This document shows, piece by piece, positions 29,901 to 39,027 of a DNA stretch of 59,509 bases. The stretch lies in IMG/VR virus record IMGVR_UViG_3300030433_000856, positions 1 through 59,509 of that record. The stretch is one strand, 5' to 3'. Source of the DNA: a virus. Taxonomy: Duplodnaviria; Caudoviricetes. The position numbers and the translations under genes are program-made. The stretch's first letter is position 1. Every line of letters starts with the position of its first letter. The notes beneath the pieces are model-generated. The model searched no databases and was not told the DNA's origin. It worked only from the letters and a program-made list of their open reading frames with translations.

Positions 29901-30375
29901 TAGAATAATTGTAGGACAAGATACAGTTAATGATTTTTATAAAAAAAGAAAAATACCTAAAAAAGGTAATGAAAATAAAAAAAATCAATTCTTTGAAAAA
30001 GATTTGATAAAACAAGTAGAAGATGTTATACCTAAAGATGTTAATTTTGAATTAAATGTTAGTGAATCAGATTTAACAGTTTTAACAAACGACTGGAAAA
30101 GCAAAGGAGGAAAAGATGGGCAAGTTTACAAAGGTTACTTTCGCAAGGACACCAGCTCAACTGACACAACTAAAAGCGACAGGGTACTCGATAATATTAG
30201 GCAAAAACTTACGGACAGCTTCAGAGACAAAATCAGAAATGCCCAAGGAACAAAAAGACCAGACACAGAAGAAGTCTTAGTACCAGAAGATATAGAAACT
30301 GAAAATATACCAAAAAAATCTATTGGAGGTTTTATAGAACGAAACACCTACGACTGGGTGTATCTCGATGGTTGA
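26926..30375 (+). CDS. Large multidomain (polyvalent-type) protein with ART-like and HhH-glycosylase-like regions
   Basis: VPVFR...ISGS...QDEVI; NWY...FTVDVHTAR...EIQAIGW; ends with KKSIGG. Confidence 0.65.
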   Translation: MDEEQGITALGPEDLGTVEVTSNVEETEQKESAFSQFTDEAKASRGIEDFKNLKKGFKKALPYIGQLGLDLVPGSGITEIFGKQPDIVEGGQRPSFAGQVERTTELAKEGKTTEAVVSGVDTALTGVAGVGEGIMVAGAMTGPLAPLLVGAGFAIKGLAKGGKLILQSTKTGKKILANYDGNEKIGFSIKDVEVPKDVESDPDIQTLEDTIDIPTTKTEDTDTEVAIPENIKDLNSTEAITSYVIAPEDVNRNQLIAKIENDPEVKTKTDKYLEEKGFTEETVPVFRLITPNKKGAEIGEESLISGSLTPESNIATMRYFQGRGGGQKQLVRYDVPKSKIKLAMGGVKNDIKQSSNKIIKEKGIGQTEPKRTIADLRAEAMGGGRLSSKVTNPSKTAKELIDMQDEVIADVTGLEKNVYEGNPNEIFANPELENITKGKYKNYKEMQSDMPDNRDYTTSKDLNDLFSKKVTAEEFRKRKDDRAKEAFDKVTNFYKLSAPKQDEGIKALGPKTIEDIIKPKGEIRNQGGFKFNPEVTQKNLRLQKTRLKKLKEGVQTAGEPKNKRIVLKSDNPDNPDFAIGKINFDDWTKRVEKVLSDDEIKGATNWYSEVYDYFKSAPYIKSEEEAKTLAQAWFAGAQRKSPQKALANVLSIRSLLRQGKTPEEILAMDKIEEGGLEGATKAILSVLTGREASGVGFKIADFRDNLDNKNVRSVMGNDPEGGQPFTVDVHTARDMGLVDPSLLSLLKDKGYKIPDNIINDFGEGGLSNDLYQNRAIFGLELTDHLNKIKWKGKDDWQPSEIQAIGWTTLTNLYGGVNTAGNIKDALNLNVRRVSMEVAPGSGSPWDRMFGKDYSELPISDQIKINDEITNEAINDIAKSENVDLYNNVFGTGGWQTYVNPSTVQEILGIKSEAIRIGAKLGYVLNQTEIFINGSKAMTKNPQAYSYDIIENNTSNLRDSKYVNDLFTKIYEKTNGVIVGFQPIETIDNKVGIRIIVGQDTVNDFYKKRKIPKKGNENKKNQFFEKDLIKQVEDVIPKDVNFELNVSESDLTVLTNDWKSKGGKDGQVYKGYFRKDTSSTDTTKSDRVLDNIRQKLTDSFRDKIRNAQGTKRPDTEEVLVPEDIETENIPKKSIGGFIERNTYDWVYLDG

Positions 30376-31018
30376 ACCAGTTACAGCAGTTTTAACTGGT
30401 ATAGCTCTAGTAAAACAAGCCACTTCATTTATTAAAGACAATATCAATACAGTAAATGATATTTCTGGTATTGCAAAACAGATAGACCAAATGTTTGAAG
30501 GTCAACAGCAAATTAACAAAGAAAGGTCTAAACAAGCTAATAGCACAGCTAATGAGTTAGGTTTATCTAATGTTGCTGATTCTATAATAAATGCTAAATT
30601 AGCACAGGAACGCATAGCAGAAATTAGAACCCTTATAAATTATAGATTCCCAGTGTCTAACGGACCTAGCACTTGGGATCAAATCTTACTAGAAAGAAAA
30701 AGAAGAATAGAAGAAAGAAAACAAGCTATACAAAAGGCTAAAGCTAAAAAATTAAAACAGCAAAAAGAAATGTACGACATGATACGCATGGGTTTTATAG
30801 TGTTAGCAGTGATAGCTTTTATTGCGGTAGCTGTAGGTATTACAGTAAAGATAGTTTTAGCACACACGATACTCAACCAAAATGACCAATCCTGTCGAAT
30901 TTTTGAGCCTAAATATTTTTTAGTGTGCATGTCTGAGGGTAAAGATGCAGCTCTGATAGAGTTTGAATTAGACCAAAAAAAAAATAGAGGTAACTGGATT
31001 GTCGATGACGATGAATAA
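30368..31018 (+). CDS. Membrane-anchored coiled-coil protein
   Basis: EPVTAVLTGIALVK N-terminus; TM segment GFIVLAVIAFIAVAVGI. Confidence 0.7.
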   Translation: MVEPVTAVLTGIALVKQATSFIKDNINTVNDISGIAKQIDQMFEGQQQINKERSKQANSTANELGLSNVADSIINAKLAQERIAEIRTLINYRFPVSNGPSTWDQILLERKRRIEERKQAIQKAKAKKLKQQKEMYDMIRMGFIVLAVIAFIAVAVGITVKIVLAHTILNQNDQSCRIFEPKYFLVCMSEGKDAALIEFELDQKKNRGNWIVDDDE

Positions 31019-31051
31019 TAGTATACTATAATTTTAACCAAGGAGAAACAC

Positions 31052-31318
31052 ATGAGAAAAAGTAAAGGTATGAGAAGAATGGCTAAAGGTGGCATGAAGA
31101 TGATGAGAGCTTCCAAAGGTGGTACAAAAATGATGAAAGCTAGAGGTGGTAGAATGGCATCAAAAGGCGGTACTAAAATGATGGGAGCTATGAAAGGTAG
31201 AATGGCATCTAAAGGTTATGCAAAAGGCGGTGTAAAGATGATGAAAGCATCTGTAGGTAATCTAGCTGATATTCGCAAAATGGCTGCAAAGAAAGGCTAT
31301 AAACTAGTTAAAAAATAA
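31052..31318 (+). CDS. Met/Lys/Gly-rich repeat protein (KGG array)
   Basis: Five K/R-G-G motifs; 16 of 88 residues are Met; SD AAGGAG. Confidence 0.85.
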   Translation: MRKSKGMRRMAKGGMKMMRASKGGTKMMKARGGRMASKGGTKMMGAMKGRMASKGYAKGGVKMMKASVGNLADIRKMAAKKGYKLVKK

Positions 31319-31354
31319 AAGTTGATTTCTTATCATATTACATTACCATAAGGT

Positions 31355-32044
31355 ATGGCATATTTAACTGCAAACATACCTTACTTTAAATGTTGGGTAA
31401 GAAAAGAATTTACACACAATCATAGACAGTATCATGGCGAGTTCGTACACGCACTTGCCATTGCGGTTACTTGTATTCCAGATAGGTCTTTATCTTTTCA
31501 AGTGGTGTTTACTGGTTGTGAAGATGAAGATACAAGAACAGAGAGTCCACATGGTGGTGCTATGTGGGCAAGGATGCCAATACAAAGTTTGGTAGCTGAT
31601 GAAATGCTAGATGATTATCCTCCACGAATTCAGAATCATTGGGTACAACCTTGGGATTGTAGCAGCAGATATTTTAGTATTATAAAATACGATAGAGCAA
31701 GTAGTTCTCCTTGGATTACAAAAATAGATGGTGACTTTTATAATGCTAAATATTATTTTACTATCGACTACACAAACGGAGATGACATGAACGCATTAGG
31801 TGATGATGTAGCACAACACAAACAATCTCATGTACTAGCGATAACTAGTGGTGAGTTCAAAGGTCAGATAGTGGCACAACCAAACAACAGAGTAAGAGCA
31901 ACCAACCCAGCTTTATGGGTAACAGGATCTGGTGCTCCAGATTTCATTCCTAGTCAATATGAGTTTAGTGCTGAAGATGATGAGTCTTACTTAGACCCTG
32001 AATATACATTTGACAATCTCTACAGCGATAAGAAAAAGAAATAA
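31355..32044 (+). CDS. Conserved hypothetical globular protein
   Basis: NIPYFKCWVRKEFTHNH..YHGE, HGGAMWAR, PWDC, HKQSH, PNNR; promoter TTGATT-16-TACCAT 5 nt upstream. Confidence 0.85.
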   Translation: MAYLTANIPYFKCWVRKEFTHNHRQYHGEFVHALAIAVTCIPDRSLSFQVVFTGCEDEDTRTESPHGGAMWARMPIQSLVADEMLDDYPPRIQNHWVQPWDCSSRYFSIIKYDRASSSPWITKIDGDFYNAKYYFTIDYTNGDDMNALGDDVAQHKQSHVLAITSGEFKGQIVAQPNNRVRATNPALWVTGSGAPDFIPSQYEFSAEDDESYLDPEYTFDNLYSDKKKK

Positions 32045-32051
32045 TTATCAT

Positions 32052-33458
32052 TCAATCTAGAAACTGTAAAACCTCCTCTCCTAAAGTTTGAGCAGATATT
32101 TGTATTTTGTTCTTTAATGCCTTTAGTATAAATTCATCAATAGTTTTAATTGCTACTAAATCTATGTAAGTAACTTTATCAGCAGTCTGACCTTTGCGGT
32201 GGTTTCTAGCTTCTGCTTGTAGTCTCTCTTCTAAGTTGTAAGAGTTGTTAAAAAATATTTGTATGCTACTAGCATTTAAAGTTAATCCATATCCGCCTAC
32301 ACTAGGATTGCTAACTAAATATTTACAGTCTTTATCTTCATTAAATTTTTTTACTACACTGGGTCTGTCTTTTGTATCTCCATATAAAGTCACTACTATA
32401 TTGTTATTTTTATATTTCTTAGCTATCTCTTTTGCTATCAGTTCAATAGAGTATCGAAAAGTAGACCATATAATAACTTTACCATCTATCTCATCTAAGA
32501 TATTTAGTAGCTCTCTTAACTTAGCATTATCTAATTCAACCAACTTACCATCATCACTATACACGAACCCAGAACAAACTTGTTGCAGCTTAGATATTTC
32601 TGTTAACTTGTTTGTGATTGATGCTTGTTTATCTTGTATTATTACTCTTGCTTGTTCTTTTAAAATTTCATATGTATTGCGTTGTTGATTAGATAAAAAT
32701 ATATTTCTTCTCTGCCAAACTTGTGGTGGTAAATCTAAACAATCTTTTTTTAAACATCGATAAGTAAAAGACTCCATCTTTTGTTCTAACTCATCTAGGT
32801 TTATAAATTTAATAGGTATCTCTATCTTTCTATTACCAGATACTGATATTCTATTCATTAAACTATATCTTGCCTGAAAAGAATAATACGATTTAAAACC
32901 TAATAGATCCTCATCTAAAAATCCTATCTGACTCCATAAATCCAAAGGTGATTTAGTTATTGGTGTTCCTGTAAGTATTCTTTTGTATCTGCATCCTTTA
33001 GAAAGTTTTGATAAATTTTTACTTCTCTTTGCGGTTCTATTTTTTATAGTAGTGCTTTCATCAACTACTATCATAGTTTTCAATCCGTAAAACTTTATTA
33101 ATTCGTATGCAGTCTCATATCCAGACTTATGACTAAATGCCTCTACATTCATTAAATACCATGTTAGACAGTCTGGTCTAGGTGCAAAAGTTTTGTGTAT
33201 CTTATGCATGAAAATATAATTTTTAGAACTAGCATGTTTATCTATCTCTTCTTCCCAATTTGTATAAACACTATTAGGAGCAATCACAAATACAGTATCG
33301 ATATTGTTGGTGTCATACAAGTATACTGCATTGTCGATAATAACTTTCGTCTTGCCAGTTCCTTGCTCCATGAACAAACCAAAAACTCGTTGTGTTGCTC
33401 CTTTTTTCAAAGCATCTCTTTGATGCTCCATAGGTTGTGTTTTATAATTATGAGACAT
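32052..33458 (-). CDS. SNF2-family (SF2) helicase
   Basis: MEQGTGKT, VDES, LTGTP, GYGLTL, QAEARNHRKGQ. Confidence 0.92.
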   Translation of the reverse strand: MSHNYKTQPMEHQRDALKKGATQRVFGLFMEQGTGKTKVIIDNAVYLYDTNNIDTVFVIAPNSVYTNWEEEIDKHASSKNYIFMHKIHKTFAPRPDCLTWYLMNVEAFSHKSGYETAYELIKFYGLKTMIVVDESTTIKNRTAKRSKNLSKLSKGCRYKRILTGTPITKSPLDLWSQIGFLDEDLLGFKSYYSFQARYSLMNRISVSGNRKIEIPIKFINLDELEQKMESFTYRCLKKDCLDLPPQVWQRRNIFLSNQQRNTYEILKEQARVIIQDKQASITNKLTEISKLQQVCSGFVYSDDGKLVELDNAKLRELLNILDEIDGKVIIWSTFRYSIELIAKEIAKKYKNNNIVVTLYGDTKDRPSVVKKFNEDKDCKYLVSNPSVGGYGLTLNASSIQIFFNNSYNLEERLQAEARNHRKGQTADKVTYIDLVAIKTIDEFILKALKNKIQISAQTLGEEVLQFLD

Positions 33459-33758
33459 TTAAGATACAGTTGGTTTTTTGTATATATAATCAGAATAGTC
33501 TACTACTTCACAATTTGTATCTTCTAAAACAGTTGTGTAAATAGGAATTACCTTTATTGCTTTAAAAAGATTTCTACCATTATTTGCTTCTATTCGTTTT
33601 ACTAAATTATTTATGTAAAATTTTTTTGCTTTATCTACTGCTTTTGCCTTGTCTTGCATAACAATAGCTTGATCTACACCATGAATAGTAGGCAAATCAG
33701 AATCTATTACTTCTGAAAATCCTATTTCTTTTATTACTAAATTTACTAAATATTTCAT
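33459..33758 (-). CDS. Hypothetical protein
   Basis: SD AAGGA; abuts the helicase. Confidence 0.65.
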   Translation of the reverse strand: MKYLVNLVIKEIGFSEVIDSDLPTIHGVDQAIVMQDKAKAVDKAKKFYINNLVKRIEANNGRNLFKAIKVIPIYTTVLEDTNCEVVDYSDYIYKKPTVS

Positions 33759-33892
33759 TTTTTTTTCCTTTTAATTATGGTTTATAAAATCTTCTATATA
33801 TTAATAGTAGTAAGAGTTAAGATTTTTTCATAAGCTCTCATATATAAATACACTTCTCAATTAAATTTTTGTCATATGATTGTGTTTTATAA

Positions 33893-34924
33893 TTATGTAG
33901 TATAATCTTTTTCTATTATTCCTCTACTTATGTCTCCTCTCCATTGACTGTTTATCCACACCCTTTTACCAGATTTGTAGTTTCTCCAAAAACCTATTAC
34001 TTCGTGATATTTATTAGTGTTAACACTTCTTTCATATCTTGTTGTGGTCAATATTTTCTTGTTTAAATCAACTATTCTATAAGAATAAAAAGGAGTGTCC
34101 GTTTCGTTTCTTTTAATAGCCTCATCTCTATAATCAAAATATTTAATCTCTTCTCTTTGATACTGATTATTAATATTACGAACTATGTGCATAATATACA
34201 TAGGTAACAATGTTATTTGATTGTAAGACAATCTATGTATTATTCTATTTACTGCTCTCTGATAATCTTTTCTGTACATCTTTGGATGTCTTAAAATAAA
34301 ATTTGGAGCAGGAGTTGTATTTTGTATGTAAAAAGGCAATACTTTTTCTATATCTATTTTACCACTTTCATGTTTAATATTATTATTGTGGCTTGTAAAA
34401 GATTTTATAAGTTGCTCTTTTATCATATCTGTTTGCAATGACTCATTTGTATGAAAAAACCAATCGACAGGAAAGAAACTTAGTTTATTATTATGTACTA
34501 CAAAACTACTAACACGAGTATTTTTTTCACCAGTTTTGTCTGTACCTTTCTGAAACCAATATCCATGTATATGAAATAAGTTTCCTAGCCAAGGTAAGAT
34601 TAAAACATAATTATCTAACATTGGTTTGAAGTCATTCATATCTAAATTTTCACTTAAATTTTTTGATCCATGATTTCTTTGCATAATGTGAGTAGCAGAT
34701 ATAGTATCGTTAATTACAACTCTTGTAGCATTTGTAAATTTTAAAAAAATATCATTCATAGCCTCTTTACCCATAATGGTATTAGTATCTACATACTCAT
34801 CTTTATTTAATTTAATAGTGTTATTAAAAATTCTAAAATGTGTCCTTCTAGGATTTTTAATATAATGTTCAATGTTCTTGAAATACACATTGGCATCTAC
34901 TCCTAATATTTTTAGTTCATTCAT
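33893..34924 (-). CDS. Hypothetical protein with C-terminal H-x-V-x-G-x-W-R motif
   Basis: SD GGAGGTG; YHEVIGFWRNYKSGKRVWI. Confidence 0.75.
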   Translation of the reverse strand: MNELKILGVDANVYFKNIEHYIKNPRRTHFRIFNNTIKLNKDEYVDTNTIMGKEAMNDIFLKFTNATRVVINDTISATHIMQRNHGSKNLSENLDMNDFKPMLDNYVLILPWLGNLFHIHGYWFQKGTDKTGEKNTRVSSFVVHNNKLSFFPVDWFFHTNESLQTDMIKEQLIKSFTSHNNNIKHESGKIDIEKVLPFYIQNTTPAPNFILRHPKMYRKDYQRAVNRIIHRLSYNQITLLPMYIMHIVRNINNQYQREEIKYFDYRDEAIKRNETDTPFYSYRIVDLNKKILTTTRYERSVNTNKYHEVIGFWRNYKSGKRVWINSQWRGDISRGIIEKDYTT

Positions 34925-34951
34925 ATTTTTATCACCTCCAAGAAAGTGGCA

Positions 34952-35884
34952 TTAAGCCACCTTCTTTTTTTCTTCCTTCTTTTGTAATCCATCCAAGAAG
35001 TCGATTGCTTGAGTAGACTTTGTGATTGCTTGTAAAACTTGCTCTGGTTTATTTTCAAGTTGTTCAATCCAACCATTAATATATTGAGCATGGTCACTTC
35101 TTACTGTTGGTGAAATACCAAGTAATGCACTCAATATTGCTGAACCAGATTCTGCTACCAACTCTTCTATAGCATAAGCATTATCTCCAAACCTACCAGA
35201 GAAATCTCTTTTTAATCTTTTCTCACTGCCTGTCCAATGAACTAATTCATGCAGTAATGTTCCGTAATAAGATTCTGTGTCATGAAAATCTTCGACATTA
35301 GGAAGTTTAATAAAATCTCCTTTAGGAGAATAAAAAGCTCTACTACCACCAAAAGTTATTTTTGCTTTTGTGTTTGCAACATATTTCTCAACATCTTTTA
35401 ATATATCTACTTTAGAAACTTTAACTTCTTCAGTCTTTTTCTCAATCACATAATCTTGAATTTGACTAGCATTGAAAACAGGATATGCAGTAAAGAACCA
35501 AATCTTTTTCTTAATATCTTTTAATTCTCCACTATCAGTGATAATGCCAAAATCTCTATCCTCTACTTCTATTTGTTTAGTAAAAAAAACATGATGAGCA
35601 GTTTCACCTTTTTTAATATAGTAACCTTTATCTTTCCATGCTTTAGAAGTACCCCACAGATTACTTTCGTAACCATTCTCTTGAGCCTCTATTGCTAAGT
35701 TAATGATATTAAAACCATTGTAAGTTTTACCATCAGATATTTTTATTGGAAGTTGTAGTTGAGCTATTTTAGATGACCAACCTTGTTTCCAGTTCTTGCC
35801 TTCAGTTTTTAATAGTTGCTTTAATCTATCAGCAGCTTTGTTAATGATTTCTTTTCTTGTTTGTTTTGCTTTATATTTCTTCAT
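34952..35884 (-). CDS. ardC: ArdC-family antirestriction protein (start revised from 35923)
   Basis: YNGFN, WGT..AW, VFNASQ ssDNA-binding domain; LHELVHWTG...YAIEELVAE zincin domain. Confidence 0.88.
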   Translation of the reverse strand: MKKYKAKQTRKEIINKAADRLKQLLKTEGKNWKQGWSSKIAQLQLPIKISDGKTYNGFNIINLAIEAQENGYESNLWGTSKAWKDKGYYIKKGETAHHVFFTKQIEVEDRDFGIITDSGELKDIKKKIWFFTAYPVFNASQIQDYVIEKKTEEVKVSKVDILKDVEKYVANTKAKITFGGSRAFYSPKGDFIKLPNVEDFHDTESYYGTLLHELVHWTGSEKRLKRDFSGRFGDNAYAIEELVAESGSAILSALLGISPTVRSDHAQYINGWIEQLENKPEQVLQAITKSTQAIDFLDGLQKKEEKKKVA

Positions 35885-35929
35885 CGTTTTTTCCTTTGTT
35901 TTATTATGAGAAAAATGTCTCACGAATCA

Positions 35930-35967
35930 TTTATATAATATTTTATTATAAATGTCAACATATCACA
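35930..35967 (-). promoter_or_regulatory. Early-type promoter with adjacent TGTGATATG
   Basis: TGTGATATG-TTGACA-17-TATAAA on the minus strand. Confidence 0.7.
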
Positions 35968-36036
35968 ATATATTTATTATATCTTATTATCATAAGTTAT
36001 ATTTTGTTTAGGTATTTCACCTATTTATTTTTTTAT

Positions 36037-36065
36037 TTGACTTAACCTGTTTTATTTTGTAAAAC
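36037..36065 (+). promoter_or_regulatory. Putative promoter of the replication operon
   Basis: TTGACT-17-TAAAAC. Confidence 0.5.
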
Positions 36066-36090
36066 AAAAAAATACTGAAAGGAGTTATTT

Positions 36091-36639
36091 ATGAATTTAG
36101 AAGAAGAAGCAAAGAAGATTTCAGAGCTCAGTACAGACAGTATCTCGGACATTGCTACTCAGTGTGATTCATTAATATTACTTCAAGATAAAATTAAAAA
36201 GACTGAAGAATCATTAAAAGATTTGAAAGAACAAGAACGAAAATTATCTGAGGAAGTAATACCTAATTTATTACACGAAAGTGGAGTGACTGAGATTAAG
36301 ACCACTGATGGTACTACAGTTCAAGTGAAACCTTTTATCAAAGCATCTATTACAAAAGCGAATCAAGAAAAGGCTTTTGCATGGTTACGAGATAATGGGT
36401 TTGAAGATATTATCAAAAATCAACTATCTGTAAACTTTAGTCGTAGTGAGGACAATCAAGCTAACGATATTTTTGAAGATTTAAAATCTAAAGGACTAGC
36501 AGTTAGTCGAGACGAAAAGGTAAATACAAACACATTGACTGCCATGATGAAAGATTTAATCTTAGTAAAAAACGAAGCAGTTCCTATGGATGTATTTTCA
36601 ATTTATCAATCAAACAAAACTAAAATAATAAGGAGTTAA
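36091..36639 (+). CDS. Conserved replication-module protein
   Basis: AFAWLRDNG..DIIKN...VNTNTL; precedes the SSB-like gene. Confidence 0.7.
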   Translation: MNLEEEAKKISELSTDSISDIATQCDSLILLQDKIKKTEESLKDLKEQERKLSEEVIPNLLHESGVTEIKTTDGTTVQVKPFIKASITKANQEKAFAWLRDNGFEDIIKNQLSVNFSRSEDNQANDIFEDLKSKGLAVSRDEKVNTNTLTAMMKDLILVKNEAVPMDVFSIYQSNKTKIIRS

Positions 36640-36640
36640 C

Positions 36641-37480
36641 ATGCAAAAAGAAATAGCAACCAAGAAACAAAATTTACCAACCAAAATAAATTTAGAGGAG
36701 TTTGCCGACCAAGGCACAGAGGACATTACTGCCAAAGACCAAAAACTGCCTATCTTAAAAATACTATATGCTAATAGTCCAGTGTTGGATGAAAGCGATG
36801 GTAAGTTTATTGAGAAAGCAAGACAAGGTGATATATATAATGAGGTCACTGGTTCATTGTATAAAGGCAAAGATGGAATTTATGTTGTGCCTTGTTACTA
36901 CAAAAATTCTTATAATGAATGGGCAGACAGAGGAGACTCACCAGGTAGACCCATAGCAATCCATACAGACCCAAATGTAATGAACAGAACACAAAGAGGT
37001 GATGATGGAAAAGACAGAATTATGGAAGGCGAAGGTCAGGGTAATTACATAGAAGATTCTGGTAATCACTTTGCTTATATTTTAAATGATAAATTTGAAC
37101 CAATAGAGTCTGTTCTAATTGTTATGAAATCTACACAAAAGAAAAAATCTAAAGTGTGGAATAGCATGATGAAATCTCGAATGGGTACTGGTACTAATGG
37201 AAGATTTGTTATGCCAAGTTGGGCGACTGTTTATAAACTTTCCACGACAAAAGAATCTAATTCACAGAACTCTTGGTATGGATGGGTTATTGAATATGTA
37301 GAAACTTTAGATGTAACAAAAGACAATGATACATTACAAGCTACGAAAGAATTTTATGAAGCAGCTAGACAATCAGATATATTTGGAAAGGTGGATTTTG
37401 AATCTGAAAATGTTGAAAAGACAGTAGAAGAAAAACCTACTAAAAAACAACAAACTAATTCAGACGATACTCCTTTCTAA
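36641..37480 (+). CDS. Putative ssDNA-binding protein
   Basis: Acidic DDTPF C-terminus; MKSTQ.KKSK.WN motif. Confidence 0.65.
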   Translation: MQKEIATKKQNLPTKINLEEFADQGTEDITAKDQKLPILKILYANSPVLDESDGKFIEKARQGDIYNEVTGSLYKGKDGIYVVPCYYKNSYNEWADRGDSPGRPIAIHTDPNVMNRTQRGDDGKDRIMEGEGQGNYIEDSGNHFAYILNDKFEPIESVLIVMKSTQKKKSKVWNSMMKSRMGTGTNGRFVMPSWATVYKLSTTKESNSQNSWYGWVIEYVETLDVTKDNDTLQATKEFYEAARQSDIFGKVDFESENVEKTVEEKPTKKQQTNSDDTPF

Positions 37481-39027
37481 TGCATGAGGAATTGTCGGAG
37501 TTATTTAAAGGTAGCTCTGACTCTTTTATCAAGTCTACCACAGATGGTAGGCTTGATGAGAGAGGTAAGAAAGTAACAACTTACACTACTGTAAATAAGT
37601 CCATAACCAAGAGAGATTGGAAGGCTCACTTAGACGGAAAAGTTCGTATAGGTGTTCGACCAGAAAGAGAGGGTAAGTGTCGGTGGGGATGTATTGACAT
37701 AGATCCTAGCTCTTATAAAAATTATTCACAGAAAAAATATGTGGATATAATAAGAGATTTTAAATTACCGCTAGTGCCAGTAAAATCTAAATCTGGTGGT
37801 CTACACATTTTTGTTTTTTTAAATGAGTGGGTAGATGCAAATAAAGTAGCGGATAAATTATCAACCATAAATAATAAATATTTTTTAGCTCAAGAAATAT
37901 TTCCATGTAATAAAGCATTGAACATGCCTTATCAAAATATGAATAGTAGTATGGAGTTTGCATATAACGACAATAACAATCCAGTATTAATACAAAAGTT
38001 TATTCAAATAGCAAAAGAAAAAACATTATCACCAGAAGAGTTTTTTAAATTACAGATAAAAGAATATGAACCAGAAAAGTCTTGGAAACATTTTCCGCCT
38101 TGTGTGCAAAAGTTAATACAAGAGCAATGGACAGGTAATAATCGAAACAATTATTTATTTAATGTGTTGGTACTAGAAATGAAAAAGAATAATGCTAACA
38201 CAATGCAAACTTTAGAAGAGATTGCACAAAGTAGAAACACACAAATATTTCATAATCCATTACCACGAAACGAAGTTACACAACTAACAAAGAGTGTACA
38301 CAAAAGTAGTTACGATTATCAGTGTCCGCCAAAGCATCCAGAGTATGCACCAATATGTAATAAAGAATTATGTAAACAAAGAAGGTTAGGAATTGGTGAA
38401 GCTACACCAGAGGTGATAGAAGATTTTTCTGACATAACTTTTATACGAGATACAAAAACTATTTACTATGAGTTTAGTTATCAAGGACAACGAGTCACGA
38501 TACAACCAGAGGATATGAAAGATGAAAAAACTTTTCGCACTAGATTATTACGATATAGAATTTTTTGGATGACATTACCCAAAAGTAAAAAAGGTCCTTC
38601 ACCATTTGAACTATTAATGAAAGGTATTGTCGAAAGATCAGTAGAAGATTCGCAACACAAGTTTGAAGATACAGTAGAAGAAGAAAAATATAATACATTA
38701 AAAAAGTTTTTTGAGAGTCACATTGAACAAGATAATTATGAGAGATTAAAAGATGGCTATGTCGTGTTAGATACAAACACTAACACTTGTTATTTTAAAA
38801 AAATAACTTTGGATAAATTTATTAAGAAAAATGCAGCACGAATATTTAACACTACTACCGATGCTTTGCGTTTGTTAGGATGTAGAAGAAAAGATTATCA
38901 TGAAGGAGAAAAAAATATCTGGCATGTAACATTACCAGAATTTATTAGTCACGAAATTATTAAACAAAAACCAAAAGAGAAAGTAACAGAATTAGACGAA
39001 GAGTATCATGACAAGTTTAAAACATAA
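37480..39027 (+). CDS. AEP-superfamily primase with PriCT-like domain
   Basis: WGCIDID, SKSGGLH, NMPY, PPC...RNN. Confidence 0.85.
   Translation: MHEELSELFKGSSDSFIKSTTDGRLDERGKKVTTYTTVNKSITKRDWKAHLDGKVRIGVRPEREGKCRWGCIDIDPSSYKNYSQKKYVDIIRDFKLPLVPVKSKSGGLHIFVFLNEWVDANKVADKLSTINNKYFLAQEIFPCNKALNMPYQNMNSSMEFAYNDNNNPVLIQKFIQIAKEKTLSPEEFFKLQIKEYEPEKSWKHFPPCVQKLIQEQWTGNNRNNYLFNVLVLEMKKNNANTMQTLEEIAQSRNTQIFHNPLPRNEVTQLTKSVHKSSYDYQCPPKHPEYAPICNKELCKQRRLGIGEATPEVIEDFSDITFIRDTKTIYYEFSYQGQRVTIQPEDMKDEKTFRTRLLRYRIFWMTLPKSKKGPSPFELLMKGIVERSVEDSQHKFEDTVEEEKYNTLKKFFESHIEQDNYERLKDGYVVLDTNTNTCYFKKITLDKFIKKNAARIFNTTTDALRLLGCRRKDYHEGEKNIWHVTLPEFISHEIIKQKPKEKVTELDEEYHDKFKT

Noticed and set aside
35857-36045. 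62-aa plus-strand ORF
   Set aside because: Spans AT-rich divergent promoters; Y/I/F low-complexity product; no SD.
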